A stretch of 64,000 nt of DNA from Candidatus Binataceae bacterium (GCA_963798375.1 CAWCTG010000022.1:272926-336925), one strand, 5' to 3'. Shown: positions 1 to 9,933, numbered from the stretch's first letter. Notes: generated from the letters alone by a model not told the origin. Made by a program: numbers and translations.

Positions 1-25
1 TCATGCGTTCCCCATCAGCACACAA

Positions 26-784
26 TCAAAGGTCCCCCGGCCCCTCTGTCGGACAGGTGCACGTGCCTCTAAGGCCGTGATCTCTTCCGGTCAGCTGGAT
101 GAATCCACAGTAGTTTTCCAGGACAGTTGCATCACCATCGGGAAATCCGAGCGTGTTCGGATTCGGAACGATACCCGGGCCATAGGACTGGAATACTGCT
201 TCCGCAACGTTCGTCCCACCCGTAGCGAACTTATTCAGGTCATGAGTGAGAAAGGAAAGCAGCGAAGAACCCGCGGCACTGGTGAACACATGATTCGGAC
301 CGCCAAACACGAAGTTGTTCCCGCCGTTGGATCCGTTGGTCGGGTCGCAGACGGTCGCCCCGGTGCACTGGGCTGGATTAAAATAGCACGTCAAGCCTGC
401 AAGGTTGAGGTTGGTCTTGACGACCTTGATGGTGCCCGAATGGATCACACCACCCGACAGGAGGTTGTTGGTCAGTTGATGGTTTACGGAAAAGTCAAGA
501 CGCCCCGCCGGCGTGATAGGGCACGCGCAACACGCCTCCATCTCCTCCGTTGGGTCAAACACATAAATGTTGGCGCAGGCGTCAGGTGCTGCGTCGTACT
601 CGTCGGGATCCACGATTCTCAACGTATCGTCCGGCCCAACTGTGTTCGCGTTATTGAAATAGTTGACTGCGAACGGATCCAGCGCTGTTGAATTTTGCGC
701 CAAAGCAGCATCAATGGCGAAGAAAAACAACCCCACGGACGCCAGCACTGCCAGCGCCGCTTTGACTACCCCACTTCTAAACAT
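26..784 (-). CDS. Secreted Cys-rich hypothetical protein (paralogue A of a three-member family)
   Basis: The ORF track starts at 919, but ATG 784 has an AGGAGA Shine-Dalgarno and begins a signal peptide (MFRSGVVKAALAVLASVG...ALA). It carries the motif CANIYVFDPTEEMEACCACPITPAG shared with 865..1614 and 30978..32039. Confidence 0.75.
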   Translation of the reverse strand: MFRSGVVKAALAVLASVGLFFFAIDAALAQNSTALDPFAVNYFNNANTVGPDDTLRIVDPDEYDAAPDACANIYVFDPTEEMEACCACPITPAGRLDFSVNHQLTNNLLSGGVIHSGTIKVVKTNLNLAGLTCYFNPAQCTGATVCDPTNGSNGGNNFVFGGPNHVFTSAAGSSLLSFLTHDLNKFATGGTNVAEAVFQSYGPGIVPNPNTLGFPDGDATVLENYCGFIQLTGRDHGLRGTCTCPTEGPGDL

Positions 785-864
785 AACTGATTCTCCTTTT
801 CCCGCCGAATTAGCGGGTAACAAAGTCGCCCATCGAACAACCGATCGACTTTCGGTGACCCACA

Positions 865-1614
865 TCATTTGGACTTCGCTATGACGCCTGAGGTGGGCGT
901 TTCGATCGGGCACGTACATGCACCCGCGCCGCTACCCGCCGAGGTGAGCCCGGCGCACGCTACCGGCAATCCGCTGAAGTCTGAGCGGTCAGCCGGAGCT
1001 ACTTCGAACTCCGTTTCGGTCGTTTGGGTATCCTGTATGTGCTGCCCCCAAGCCGTCAGTTCGTTATATGGATCCAGTATGTTGCGCACAAAACCGTTGT
1101 AACTCCCGGCTGGATCGCAGCAGACACTGCGGCTCAAGTCGCAATTTACCCATGGGGGAATCGAATCCCCGAAATAGGCCAGGTCAGTCACAGGTTCCGA
1201 CGCAAGAATGCGGATCGAGCCGTCGGTGAGTGAGTTTATTCCTGCCGCCGCATCGCCCACCGGAAAATCCGCCAAATTATTAGTGATGCTGAGGGTCAAC
1301 AGACCATCCGCAGTCACCGGGCATCCGCAACATTCCTCCATCGCCTGGCTGGTATCAAAGACGTAGATCATCGCGCAGGTCTCGCCGACTTTAACGGCGT
1401 TGTTGGGGGCCGTTGCATTTCCCTCGAAGGGAGCCGTGATATTGACGAGCGCATTCCCCGCCACTGTTATTTGGGCGTTGCTGAAATAATTCTGCAACTC
1501 CACCCCGGACTCCTCGGACTCCGCCGCAGCCATGCTTGACCACGCGAACATCGCGATGGCCACGGCCAGCAGAACCGCCGTGCTAGTGCCAAAAACTCTC
1601 TTGCCTAAAAACAT
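865..1614 (-). CDS. Secreted Cys-rich hypothetical protein (paralogue B)
   Basis: Signal peptide ending AWSSMAAA; CAMIYVFDTSQAMEECCGCPVTADG motif; C-terminal GAGACTC; clearly homologous to 30978..32039. Confidence 0.8.
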   Translation of the reverse strand: MFLGKRVFGTSTAVLLAVAIAMFAWSSMAAAESEESGVELQNYFSNAQITVAGNALVNITAPFEGNATAPNNAVKVGETCAMIYVFDTSQAMEECCGCPVTADGLLTLSITNNLADFPVGDAAAGINSLTDGSIRILASEPVTDLAYFGDSIPPWVNCDLSRSVCCDPAGSYNGFVRNILDPYNELTAWGQHIQDTQTTETEFEVAPADRSDFSGLPVACAGLTSAGSGAGACTCPIETPTSGVIAKSK

Positions 1615-1871
1615 TTTATATTCCTCCCTGATCGTTCTAGCGCCAAAGGAATTCCAGTCGCAACGCGAGACAGTGCTATGTCATAAATCACAATCCTCCC
1701 TTCCCGCAGGATCTCCGCTGGGTAAACCCTACCCGCCGGCGGACTCCGGCACCCGTCTCGCCCGGCGTCGGGCGAGTCTAGGCGTCAGAGGTTAAGAAAA
1801 CAAGTCACAGTTCCCGCCAAATTTTTCGCACTTCCAGTCCGTAGTTTCGGCTCTTGCTTCGACGCACGTGC

Positions 1872-1901
1872 CTTATAGCAAAAAATCCAAGCGCATGACA
1901 A
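1872..1901 (-). promoter_or_regulatory. Putative sigma70 promoter, proximal copy
   Basis: Minus strand reads TTGTCA-N18-TATAAG with TG at the extended -10 position; it points toward 865..1614. Confidence 0.5.
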
Positions 1902-2002
1902 GCGGAATTTCTCTTTGCCACCGGCCCCGATTTGAGCGAAACCCGCCAGATTTTTCAGCACTTCCAGACCGCTGTTTCCGCTCCCATTTTCGAATCATGT
2001 GC

Positions 2003-2032
2003 TCTATAGCAAAAAGTTTAATCGTAAGGCAA
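2003..2032 (-). promoter_or_regulatory. Putative sigma70 promoter, distal copy
   Basis: Minus strand reads TTGCCT-N18-TATAGA with extended -10 TG, at the same position within the second repeat copy. Confidence 0.4.
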
Positions 2033-2472
2033 GAGCAAATGAGTGTTTACTCGCTTTAGTCGATTTGATGGGACATCCTCATACTGTCCACGTGAAAAAA
2101 CCGTTCCTACCAGCGCCGCTTTCACACCCAGTCGTCGATCGTCTGCGCCAGCCGCTCAAGAGCGCCGGACGCGCCATCCGACCTGCGCAGCTCGATGCGC
2201 GCGAACCAACGTTCGCCTGGCCGAGCCGGCGTATGTAACTGCGCACGACGCGCAACTCGACCTGCGGCCGGCGCCGCAGCCACACCTTAATCTGGGGATG
2301 CCGCTCTGAGCGGGCACAGAACATATGCGGGGTGATCGTGAACACCAAGCCATCGGTGATTAACCGCGCGTTAGCGCAGCGGGAACTTCCGCATCGCAAA
2401 AATCAACTCTAACTTCGACCGTCAATCCCAAGCGGCGGGCGTTAACGCGCGCCTTGAGCGCGCGGCCGCGCC

Positions 2473-4545
2473 TTACTTCGAAGGCAGAGGTTCCAACAAC
2501 AGAGCCACACCCGGCTCGGCACCATTGGCAGGACGGTCCTGAGTTCCGGCGGGCGCAGATGGCGCCGCACCATTTGCAGGACGGCTTTGAGTTGCGCGGG
2601 GCTCAGATGCCGCCGCATCAGCTGGGCTACCCTCCTCGTGCTGCCGGCCAAGTCCGTCGAAGGAGGGAACGATCTCGCGGAGCATCCGAACCGTGCCGTC
2701 CGCATCTCCGGCCGCCGCCGCCCTCTCGAGCATTTCAACCCGCTGCAGCAGCGATCGCCGATGGGGCTCCTTTTCTCCGCGAACCCGCAAGATGCCGGGA
2801 ATGCCGGATGGTTCGACCTTTTCATCGGCCGCAAATGTCTCCTCGCAGAGTTTCTCGCCGGGGCGCAGGCCAACGTACTCGATCGCTATGTCTCGGTCAG
2901 GGACCAGTCCCGAAAGTTGGATCAGTTGCCTGGCCATGTCGGTTATCCGTGTCGGTTCGCCCATTTCAAGCAGGTAGATCGCGCCGGGTTTCATCAGCGT
3001 CGCCGCATGGAGGACGAGCTGCACGGCCTCCGGGATGAGCATGAGAAACCGCCGCATCGCCGGATCCGTCACCGTGACCGGCCCTCCGGCACGTATCTGT
3101 TCGAGAAATCTGGGTACGACGCTGCCGTTGCTGCCCAGCACATTGCCGAAGCGCACCGCTCCCAGCTTCAGGCCGGTTTCCTCCGCGATGGCTTTGACCA
3201 CAAGCTCCGCCGTTCGCTTTGAGGCGCCCATGACGCTGGTTGGATTGACCGCTTTGTCGGTCGAGATGAGGACCAGCCGATCGACCGGTGCACGCGCGGC
3301 AACCTCGGCCAGCACGCGGGTTCCACGCACGTTGTTCTTGATGGCCTCGCAGGGGTTGAGCTCCATCAGCGGTACGTGCTTGTGCGCGGCAGCGTGAAAC
3401 ACCAGCTTCACGTCCCATTTCCGAAACGTCTCCTCCAGCCGCTCTCCGTCACATACATCGCCAACGACCGCCGCAATCCTGCATCCCGGATTCCGGTCCT
3501 GGAGCTCCTGTTCAATGCTATACAGGCCGTTTTCATAGCGCTCGTACATGACCATGATTCGCGGTTTAAGCGCCGATATCTGACGGCACAATTCCGAGCC
3601 GATGGAACCCCCTGCCCCCGTGATCAGGACACTCTGGCCTTCGATAACGCCGCGCAGCCGAGCGGGGTCCAGTCCCACGGGCCTGCGGCAAAGCAGGTCC
3701 TCCAACGCAACGTTGCGCACGTCGCCAACCCTCACCCGCCCCTCCAGCACGCTCGACAGGCTGGGGAGAATTTTTATAGGCAGCCCAAACGGCTCGAGCA
3801 CCCTCATGATGCCGCTGATCGTCTCCGGTCCCATCCTCGGCATCGCAATCAGCACCTCCTGGGGGGCGTGCGCGGAAATGATCTCCGCCATTTCGGCCCG
3901 CGTACCGAGCACGCGAATGCCACGAATCATCCGCCCGACCTTCATGCGATCGTCATCAACGAACCCGACCGGACTGTAACCGTAATCCGGATTGTGCATC
4001 ATGTCGCGGACGATCAACTCTCCCGCGTCCCCCGCGCCAAAGATAAGCACGCGTCTGCCCGGCTCGCGGTTGCCCCAGTCATACAAGATCCGCCGAAGCG
4101 CGCGCGCCCCGCCCAGCAGCACAATTACTACTATGGTATCGATGGCGTAGACCGTTCTGGGTATCCAGGGACAATCGATCGCGAGCGCTACGAAGGTCGC
4201 GAACAGCAGCGTTCCGACGACGGCTGCGGCCGCCAGATTAATCAGGTCCCACAGACCGGTATAGCGCCAGACTCGATGATGCATTCGGAAGGCGAATGCA
4301 ACCAAAAACCTCGACACCAGTAACCACGGTACAGTTTGGAGGTACGCAGTTAGTTGTGGTGGCGGGAGTTTGCCATCGAAACGAAGAGCAAAAGCCGCAT
4401 AGTACGAGAGCGCAACCAACCCGCCTTCTATCAAATGGATCAATATCCACTGGTAATTCAGCAGCCGCCGCAAAACCAAACCCCTCACAACTGGCCGTTC
4501 CGTATGAGCGTCGAACAAGTTAACTCCCCCTCGCTGCGAACGCAA
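2473..4545 (-). CDS. Membrane-anchored nucleoside-diphosphate sugar 4,6-dehydratase (PglF/WbpM/CapD family)
   Basis: N-terminal TM helices, CoA-binding-like GAGDAG segment, ITGAGGSIGSELCRQ, HAAAHKHVPLME, STDKAVNPTSVMGASK, VRFGNVLGSNGSV and GLRPGEKL motifs. Confidence 0.95.
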   Translation of the reverse strand: MRSQRGGVNLFDAHTERPVVRGLVLRRLLNYQWILIHLIEGGLVALSYYAAFALRFDGKLPPPQLTAYLQTVPWLLVSRFLVAFAFRMHHRVWRYTGLWDLINLAAAAVVGTLLFATFVALAIDCPWIPRTVYAIDTIVVIVLLGGARALRRILYDWGNREPGRRVLIFGAGDAGELIVRDMMHNPDYGYSPVGFVDDDRMKVGRMIRGIRVLGTRAEMAEIISAHAPQEVLIAMPRMGPETISGIMRVLEPFGLPIKILPSLSSVLEGRVRVGDVRNVALEDLLCRRPVGLDPARLRGVIEGQSVLITGAGGSIGSELCRQISALKPRIMVMYERYENGLYSIEQELQDRNPGCRIAAVVGDVCDGERLEETFRKWDVKLVFHAAAHKHVPLMELNPCEAIKNNVRGTRVLAEVAARAPVDRLVLISTDKAVNPTSVMGASKRTAELVVKAIAEETGLKLGAVRFGNVLGSNGSVVPRFLEQIRAGGPVTVTDPAMRRFLMLIPEAVQLVLHAATLMKPGAIYLLEMGEPTRITDMARQLIQLSGLVPDRDIAIEYVGLRPGEKLCEETFAADEKVEPSGIPGILRVRGEKEPHRRSLLQRVEMLERAAAAGDADGTVRMLREIVPSFDGLGRQHEEGSPADAAASEPRATQSRPANGAAPSAPAGTQDRPANGAEPGVALLLEPLPSK
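2521..2616. repeat. Imperfect 48-bp tandem duplication in the dehydratase C-terminal tail
   Basis: accattggcaggacggtcctgagttccggcgggcgcagatggcgccgc followed by accatttgcaggacggctttgagttgcgcggggctcagatgccgccgc. Confidence 0.8.
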
Positions 4546-4723
4546 CTCGCGCCATCGCCCATCTTCATCAATCTTTGAGCACTTCTGCTAGCTAGAGTAC
4601 CGAATTTTCTCTTTTGACGGCACGCCTCCTCCAGCGTCCCCTGCAATGCTCTGCGCCTTCTCTCTAGGGGAAACAGATTCGGGACGCCAGCGATCATGGC
4701 ACCCCAAATGAAGGCGCCGAGGA

Positions 4724-5578
4724 TCATTTGGTGGCTTCGATGAGCATGGTCGTGCCGAGGATGGAGGGTAGTACCGGGCGGACCGTCTTCAGCACGGAAG
4801 AGAGTTTTACCGCTTGCCGAATCAGCCAGATCTTTTGGTACCGCTCCGAAAGCTGGATGTCCAGTAAGTCGCCGGCGTCGACGCACGTTCTTATGTTCAC
4901 CTTGCGGAATGCGCCAAACAGTTCACCAGCCTCGCGCTTGGTGTAGATCTTGGTGCCAAGGCTTTCATTGTGGTGGAACATAACTTCGCGCGCCGAGCGC
5001 AACGGCTTGCCGCTAAGCGGGCCGAACAGCAACCATTCAAAGAACACGGTCATGCCCCGCGCATGATAGATCATGATCCGCGCCACCCCTCCCGGTTTTA
5101 GCACCCGGTGGATCTCAGCCACCGCCTTTGGGGTGTCCGGAGTATGATGAATGACGCCGTACGAATAGACCAGGTCGAAAAAGCCGTCTTCGAACTCGAG
5201 CGCCTCGACGTCACCCACCGCAACGTCGGCGGCGAGACCGTCGAGCGTTAATCTTTCTCGCACCAGGTCAACGGAGGCCTCTGTCAGATCTCTTCCCCAC
5301 AAACTGGCTCCGCTACGAGCCCATTGAATGAAATCCGAGCCGGAGCCCAACCCTACCTCGAGGACGCGCTTTCCGGCCGCTTCGCCGAACCGCGCGAAGC
5401 CAGGAATAAAAGGCGCGTACTCATACCTCGAGCTGTCTATTTCCTCAAAGAACCTGCGCCGATCAGCAGTACTCTGGCCGAACCGAGACTCGCAGGGCTC
5501 GCTTTGCCAATGCCGCCTTACGGCGTCCTTGAGCGAGGGATTTGCTTCGTTCAGCGCTCGATAGATTTCTGCACCCAT
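4724..5578 (-). CDS. Class I SAM-dependent methyltransferase
   Basis: VLEVGLGSGSD motif I, GDVEALEFEDGFFDLVYSYGVIHH and VLKPGG. Confidence 0.9.
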   Translation of the reverse strand: MGAEIYRALNEANPSLKDAVRRHWQSEPCESRFGQSTADRRRFFEEIDSSRYEYAPFIPGFARFGEAAGKRVLEVGLGSGSDFIQWARSGASLWGRDLTEASVDLVRERLTLDGLAADVAVGDVEALEFEDGFFDLVYSYGVIHHTPDTPKAVAEIHRVLKPGGVARIMIYHARGMTVFFEWLLFGPLSGKPLRSAREVMFHHNESLGTKIYTKREAGELFGAFRKVNIRTCVDAGDLLDIQLSERYQKIWLIRQAVKLSSVLKTVRPVLPSILGTTMLIEATK

Positions 5579-5710
5579 GAATTATCCCGTAATCTTGGCG
5601 CTCCGGTGCTGGCGGTCATTGATGGCAATCCGGGGCTGAGCGCGGCGCTCGGCGCTCAAGGTGCAATGGCCTAAACTCGCGATTCAGCACTGCACCTCTT
5701 CGATTCTCTT

Positions 5711-6541
5711 CTAGCGTGATTGGTTCACCTTGGCCGAGCGAGCAACAACAACTATTTCATTCCCCAGCTTCGGTATGAAACGTGTGAGCATGCGCAGAGA
5801 CCGATCCCGCAGCGTTGAATGTCCAATGTTATGCCGATACTGATATCGTTGAATCTGGAAGCCGCAGTGCACCAGGACATCCCGAAGCTCGACGTACGAA
5901 TATTCCCGGACATGCCCCATGTGCCCCAGATTATCCAGCTTGGACCACTCTCTTGTCGGATGGGGACCTGTGCGGCCGCGCCATATAATCCTGCCCAACG
6001 CATCGATGCCGAGCCCATTCGGCATCGTCAAATACATAAATCCATCCTCGCTCAAGAGGCTCCGGATGAATGACATCGTCTTTAGAAGATCGATGCGAAG
6101 ATGTTCGAAAATCTCGCAGAACACTACGCACTGGAATTGTCCGAGCATCTTCGCCGCGGCGGAGCACGGCCGCTCCACATCAAGCTGCGCAACCTTTATC
6201 CCGAGTACTCGCTCTACGTGGCGAAATCGGTCCGGATACAAATCCACGCTCACGACTTCCACTTCCGGGTGCGCCTTCTTCATGAAGTATTCAAAAACGA
6301 AGGGTGCGCCGCCGATATTCAGGCAGCTTGAAAATTCATAGTTGCGGGTTAAGAAATCGACGTCCCATAAAAGCCGGCCGGCGTGATACCTGACATATTC
6401 CTCCGCCCACGGCCAGAGTTTCCTGTCCAGACCGAGTTCCGGGATTAATTTCAGGTAATCGGCGGTAGCCTCGTTTGCCTGCGCCCAACCATAACATTTC
6501 GCAGGCTCTGGTGAACCACTCCTTTTGCTTGGAATTCCCAT
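5711..6541 (-). CDS. Methyltransferase-domain protein
   Basis: CLNIGGAP, LDVE, VVFCEIFEHL and GHVREYS motifs; start placed at MGIPSK (the ORF track extends to 6607). Confidence 0.75.
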   Translation of the reverse strand: MGIPSKRSGSPEPAKCYGWAQANEATADYLKLIPELGLDRKLWPWAEEYVRYHAGRLLWDVDFLTRNYEFSSCLNIGGAPFVFEYFMKKAHPEVEVVSVDLYPDRFRHVERVLGIKVAQLDVERPCSAAAKMLGQFQCVVFCEIFEHLRIDLLKTMSFIRSLLSEDGFMYLTMPNGLGIDALGRIIWRGRTGPHPTREWSKLDNLGHMGHVREYSYVELRDVLVHCGFQIQRYQYRHNIGHSTLRDRSLRMLTRFIPKLGNEIVVVARSAKVNQSR

Positions 6542-6840
6542 CCTTTTGAGTCCTGATTCAGACTCGCAGCAACTTGCCGAGATTGGAGCCGGAATTTGCA
6601 TTTTCAATCCTGAATCGGATTAGCACCGACACCAGGCGTTTTGCAAATGCGAAGTTCGAGCCCAGTCTTAAGTCCAAAGGGCTCTCCAGCGCGCTGCAAC
6701 GAGCCAGTTCTGCCTCGAGTTGGCATAAGATACCCTTATCGAACTCGCGGTGGCCTCTGCGGATCCAATTGGAGTAGTCGAGCAGCCTGCTATCAATCGC
6801 TGACATGAAGACCGTTACCCTTCGATCAAGAACAGGCTGG

Positions 6841-7998
6841 CTATTCGCTCGCGCGCACTACATCGCGCCGAAGGCTAGCGCTTCCAACCCGGAGTAGGAG
6901 ATCCTCAACTGCGCCCAGCACCTCCGCTACGGTAATTGAGGTAATGCAGCGCTTGGCGTGCACGGTACATTCCGACAACCCGCAACCCGCGCATGGGACA
7001 TCGTGAAAGATAACTCTGTGCTGAATGCCGTAGGGAAACCATTGCCCCGCCGGGTTCCGGGCGGTATAGATACCGACGCAGGGAACGCCCGCGGCGGCGG
7101 CCAGATGTATCGGCCCGCTGTCGTGGCCCAGGTAAACGTCTGCGTGCTTCATCACGGCAGCGGTTTCCCGTATGCCAAGGCGCCCGCAGAGATTCACGCT
7201 GGGTCCGTGCCATCGTGTCCGCATTGCTTCCGAGCGCTCGTATTCGCTGCCAGCGCCAACGACGGCAAGCCCGTAGCCGTCGGCCCTGACAGTGAGTTCC
7301 TCGATCATCGCCAGCCACTTCTCGGCGCCCCAATCCTGGATCCCGAGCGCCGAGCCGATGGAACAGACGATTAAACCTGCCGTTCCCCTTGCCGGCTTTA
7401 CCGCTTCCAGCGCCCGCTCGCGCTCCGTCGGTGACAGGCGCAAATCCCAACTGGCTGAATCGTCGAGCCGAGCGTCGCCCAAGCTGCGCACCAATCGGGC
7501 GAGCCGCTCAGCCTCGTACTCGTAGCGCCTGCGCTCGGGAACCCAGCGATGCGGTGCGGTTCGCTCTGCGAGTGACATGTTCAGCATCGCTCGCACACCG
7601 CAAAGTTTGAAGAACGCCAGCTCCGAGAAGTGCTGTTTGAACTCACGGACCTCCGTCAAAACGATCAGCAAATCCGGCCTCCAGCTGCGGATTCGCCGGC
7701 ACAGATCCCACCTTGTGCGCAGTCGCCCTCGAACATCGTGGTGATCGACCTCGAAATAATCATCGACCAATCCGGTACCTTCGAGAATTGCCTTGACCGG
7801 GACCGAAACCTTCGCCACCGGCGAGTTGGTCAGCATTCGCCGCTCAGCGTTTGGAAACCGGCGCGCAATCAGATGAAAGCACGGCAGACAGAGAATGGTG
7901 TCGCCGACACTTCCAGGGCGGAATATCAGCACGCGCGAAGGATCTTCCGAAACCATGGACGCGAGTGATTTTATTCTTGCTTGAGGACGGGTCGGCAT
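6841..7998 (-). CDS. Glycosyltransferase family 9 (heptosyltransferase-like)
   Basis: RPGSVGDTILCLP, NLCGRLGIRETAAVM, GHDSGPIHLAAAAGVPCVGIY and Cys-rich C-terminal CAGCGLSEC. Confidence 0.9.
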   Translation of the reverse strand: MPTRPQARIKSLASMVSEDPSRVLIFRPGSVGDTILCLPCFHLIARRFPNAERRMLTNSPVAKVSVPVKAILEGTGLVDDYFEVDHHDVRGRLRTRWDLCRRIRSWRPDLLIVLTEVREFKQHFSELAFFKLCGVRAMLNMSLAERTAPHRWVPERRRYEYEAERLARLVRSLGDARLDDSASWDLRLSPTERERALEAVKPARGTAGLIVCSIGSALGIQDWGAEKWLAMIEELTVRADGYGLAVVGAGSEYERSEAMRTRWHGPSVNLCGRLGIRETAAVMKHADVYLGHDSGPIHLAAAAGVPCVGIYTARNPAGQWFPYGIQHRVIFHDVPCAGCGLSECTVHAKRCITSITVAEVLGAVEDLLLRVGSASLRRDVVRASE

Positions 7999-8095
7999 GG
8001 CTGATTCATCGCCCTCGTCTCCCTCTCAGAACATGAGAACCCTCACACCAAGACCACGCGGTCTGCAAACGCAAAGTTTGAGCCCGGACTTGAGT

Positions 8096-9193
8096 CTAAA
8101 TCTTGGCTTCTAACAGAGCGGCGGCCTTTCGCCAGAAAGCCGGCATAGCCGCCACTTTGAGGCAGCCCCAGAGCGAACCCAGCCCATACATGCTATGAAA
8201 AGCCGCGAACACAAGCGGTGCCATGAACGCGTATCTTCCATCTCGCGCTCTTCTCGCGACGTCAATCGATGCGGCCAGGTCCGCGACAAGATAGCTTCCC
8301 AGGATAGCAAGCAGGAGCCACCGCGCCGCCGGCACAAACACAGCTGCTAGCGCGGCTGCCACTACGCCGCTCACAAAAGCAAGCGGTACCAGATGCCGCG
8401 GCGAAACTGGAAGGTGGCCGGCGTACGCGAAGCCCAAAACTACCCAGCACCCATCGCTGAAGGCCCTCTTAAGAAACGAGGTCCAGTCGGTACGTTGATA
8501 ATAGAAGCATGTAGCGCCGGGCACCAGCAGCATCTTGCCGCCGGCACGGTGCAGCCGGTTGTTGAAATCCATGTCCTGGGCGCGCGTCAGTCGCTCGTTG
8601 AAACCGCCCAGTTCGAGCAGCTTTTCCTTCCGGCAGCAGAAGAACGGCACCGCATCTACCGGCTCGGGCTCGGTCAGATTGACGTATCTGTAACGCGACC
8701 CTCCGACCCCGAACCGATGGGACATGCACTCTACGATTACCTTACCCCTCAGGCTGTCGTCGCGGGGTATACTGCGCCGCATCCCGCCCACGTTATCGGC
8801 ATCATAAAGTCTCAGCGCCTCGACACACCGGCGAACGTACTCTGCCGAATACATGGCATGCGCATCGATCCGCATCACAATTTCGCCACGGCTGGCGGCG
8901 ATTCCGATGTTCAGCGCATAGGGCGTAACCCGATGCGGGTTGTCGATAAGCCGGATGAACGGGTATCTCTGCGTGTACTCGGTGACGATCTCCCGAGTGC
9001 CATCGTCACTCATTCCGTCAACGATAAGAATTTCCAACTCTTCCTTTGGAAAGTCATTAGCCAGGACGCTGTCGAGACATTTTCCGATGAACTCCCGCTC
9101 GTTGCGGCAGGGAATGACGATCGACAGCCGGGCAGTACGAACGGTCCGCTCTGCCGTGTCGACAATCCTGCGCAAGTCACTCCCACCTATCAT
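8096..9193 (-). CDS. Glycosyltransferase family 2 (ExoA-like)
   Basis: SIVIPCRNE, VDGMSDDGT, RIDAH DxD-like motif, GGFNERLTRAQD and C-terminal TM helices. Confidence 0.92.
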   Translation of the reverse strand: MIGGSDLRRIVDTAERTVRTARLSIVIPCRNEREFIGKCLDSVLANDFPKEELEILIVDGMSDDGTREIVTEYTQRYPFIRLIDNPHRVTPYALNIGIAASRGEIVMRIDAHAMYSAEYVRRCVEALRLYDADNVGGMRRSIPRDDSLRGKVIVECMSHRFGVGGSRYRYVNLTEPEPVDAVPFFCCRKEKLLELGGFNERLTRAQDMDFNNRLHRAGGKMLLVPGATCFYYQRTDWTSFLKRAFSDGCWVVLGFAYAGHLPVSPRHLVPLAFVSGVVAAALAAVFVPAARWLLLAILGSYLVADLAASIDVARRARDGRYAFMAPLVFAAFHSMYGLGSLWGCLKVAAMPAFWRKAAALLEAKI

Positions 9194-9933
9194 GCAATTT
9201 TGACTATCACAGCAGAGCCGGCCTTATCGGGCATCGGGATTGGGAACTCGCGCTTGCCCGCGAAAAACTCTTCGACCGCGCGCCGCGCACCCGGCCACGC
9301 GTTGTAATCATGCATCACGATCACGCCGCCGGCCGGGACTCTAGGATAGAAGAATTCCAGGCCCGCCATCGTGGGCTCGAAAAGGTCCGCGTCGAGATGC
9401 ACGAATGCGAACTCTGTCCGCTCGATTTCGGGCGTGACGGTAGCAGGGAAGCGGCCGGCATGAACGATGACGTTGCCTCGGGGCTCGATGGTACGCATTA
9501 CCGCCTTCACGCTGGTATCAGCGAAACCGCCGGATTGTATCGGTTCCTCGATCTCACCTTCATCGAAGCCGCTGAAGGTATCGAAAAGGTGTAGAGTGCG
9601 CTCCGGGGCATACTGATGAATGAGCCGCGCCGTGAGTCCTTGGTAAACTCCCAGCTCGGCGAAATCACCTCGCACTCGCCGCACGATCACGTCGCGGAGC
9701 AGAAGCACAAGCATATCGCGGCGCACCGTGTCCCACCATTTCAGGTCCATGATTCTGCGACCTTCCGGGATCAGGAAGCCGTGCGGGAACTGAGGGTTGT
9801 GCCAAATCGAGCGCGGGTCGATATCCATGCGGCTCTGAAGAAAGAAACGGTGCGGACCGCCGAGCAAAGGATGGATTTTGCGCGCTAGGTGGCGGCTGGG
9901 ATCGCGAATGAACCTGTGGAGCTTCGAGGCCAT
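9190..9933 (-). CDS. TylF/MycF/NovP-family O-methyltransferase
   Basis: GDFAELGVYQG, LFDTFSGF, FVHLDADLFEPT and GGVIVMHDY. Confidence 0.9.
   Translation of the reverse strand: MASKLHRFIRDPSRHLARKIHPLLGGPHRFFLQSRMDIDPRSIWHNPQFPHGFLIPEGRRIMDLKWWDTVRRDMLVLLLRDVIVRRVRGDFAELGVYQGLTARLIHQYAPERTLHLFDTFSGFDEGEIEEPIQSGGFADTSVKAVMRTIEPRGNVIVHAGRFPATVTPEIERTEFAFVHLDADLFEPTMAGLEFFYPRVPAGGVIVMHDYNAWPGARRAVEEFFAGKREFPIPMPDKAGSAVIVKIA

Larger units (their letters stand above)
1813..2032. repeat. Degenerate ~90-bp direct repeat, two copies (1813-1901 and 1942-2032)
   Basis: Both copies align by eye: cccgcca(a/g)atttttc(-/a)gcacttccag(t/a)ccg...gtgc..tatagcaaaaa...caag. Confidence 0.8.

Noticed and set aside
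6558-6806. 82-aa ORF between GT9 and the methyltransferase
   Set aside because: It fills a gap but has no recognisable motif or strong RBS; it may be real or a remnant but cannot be supported.
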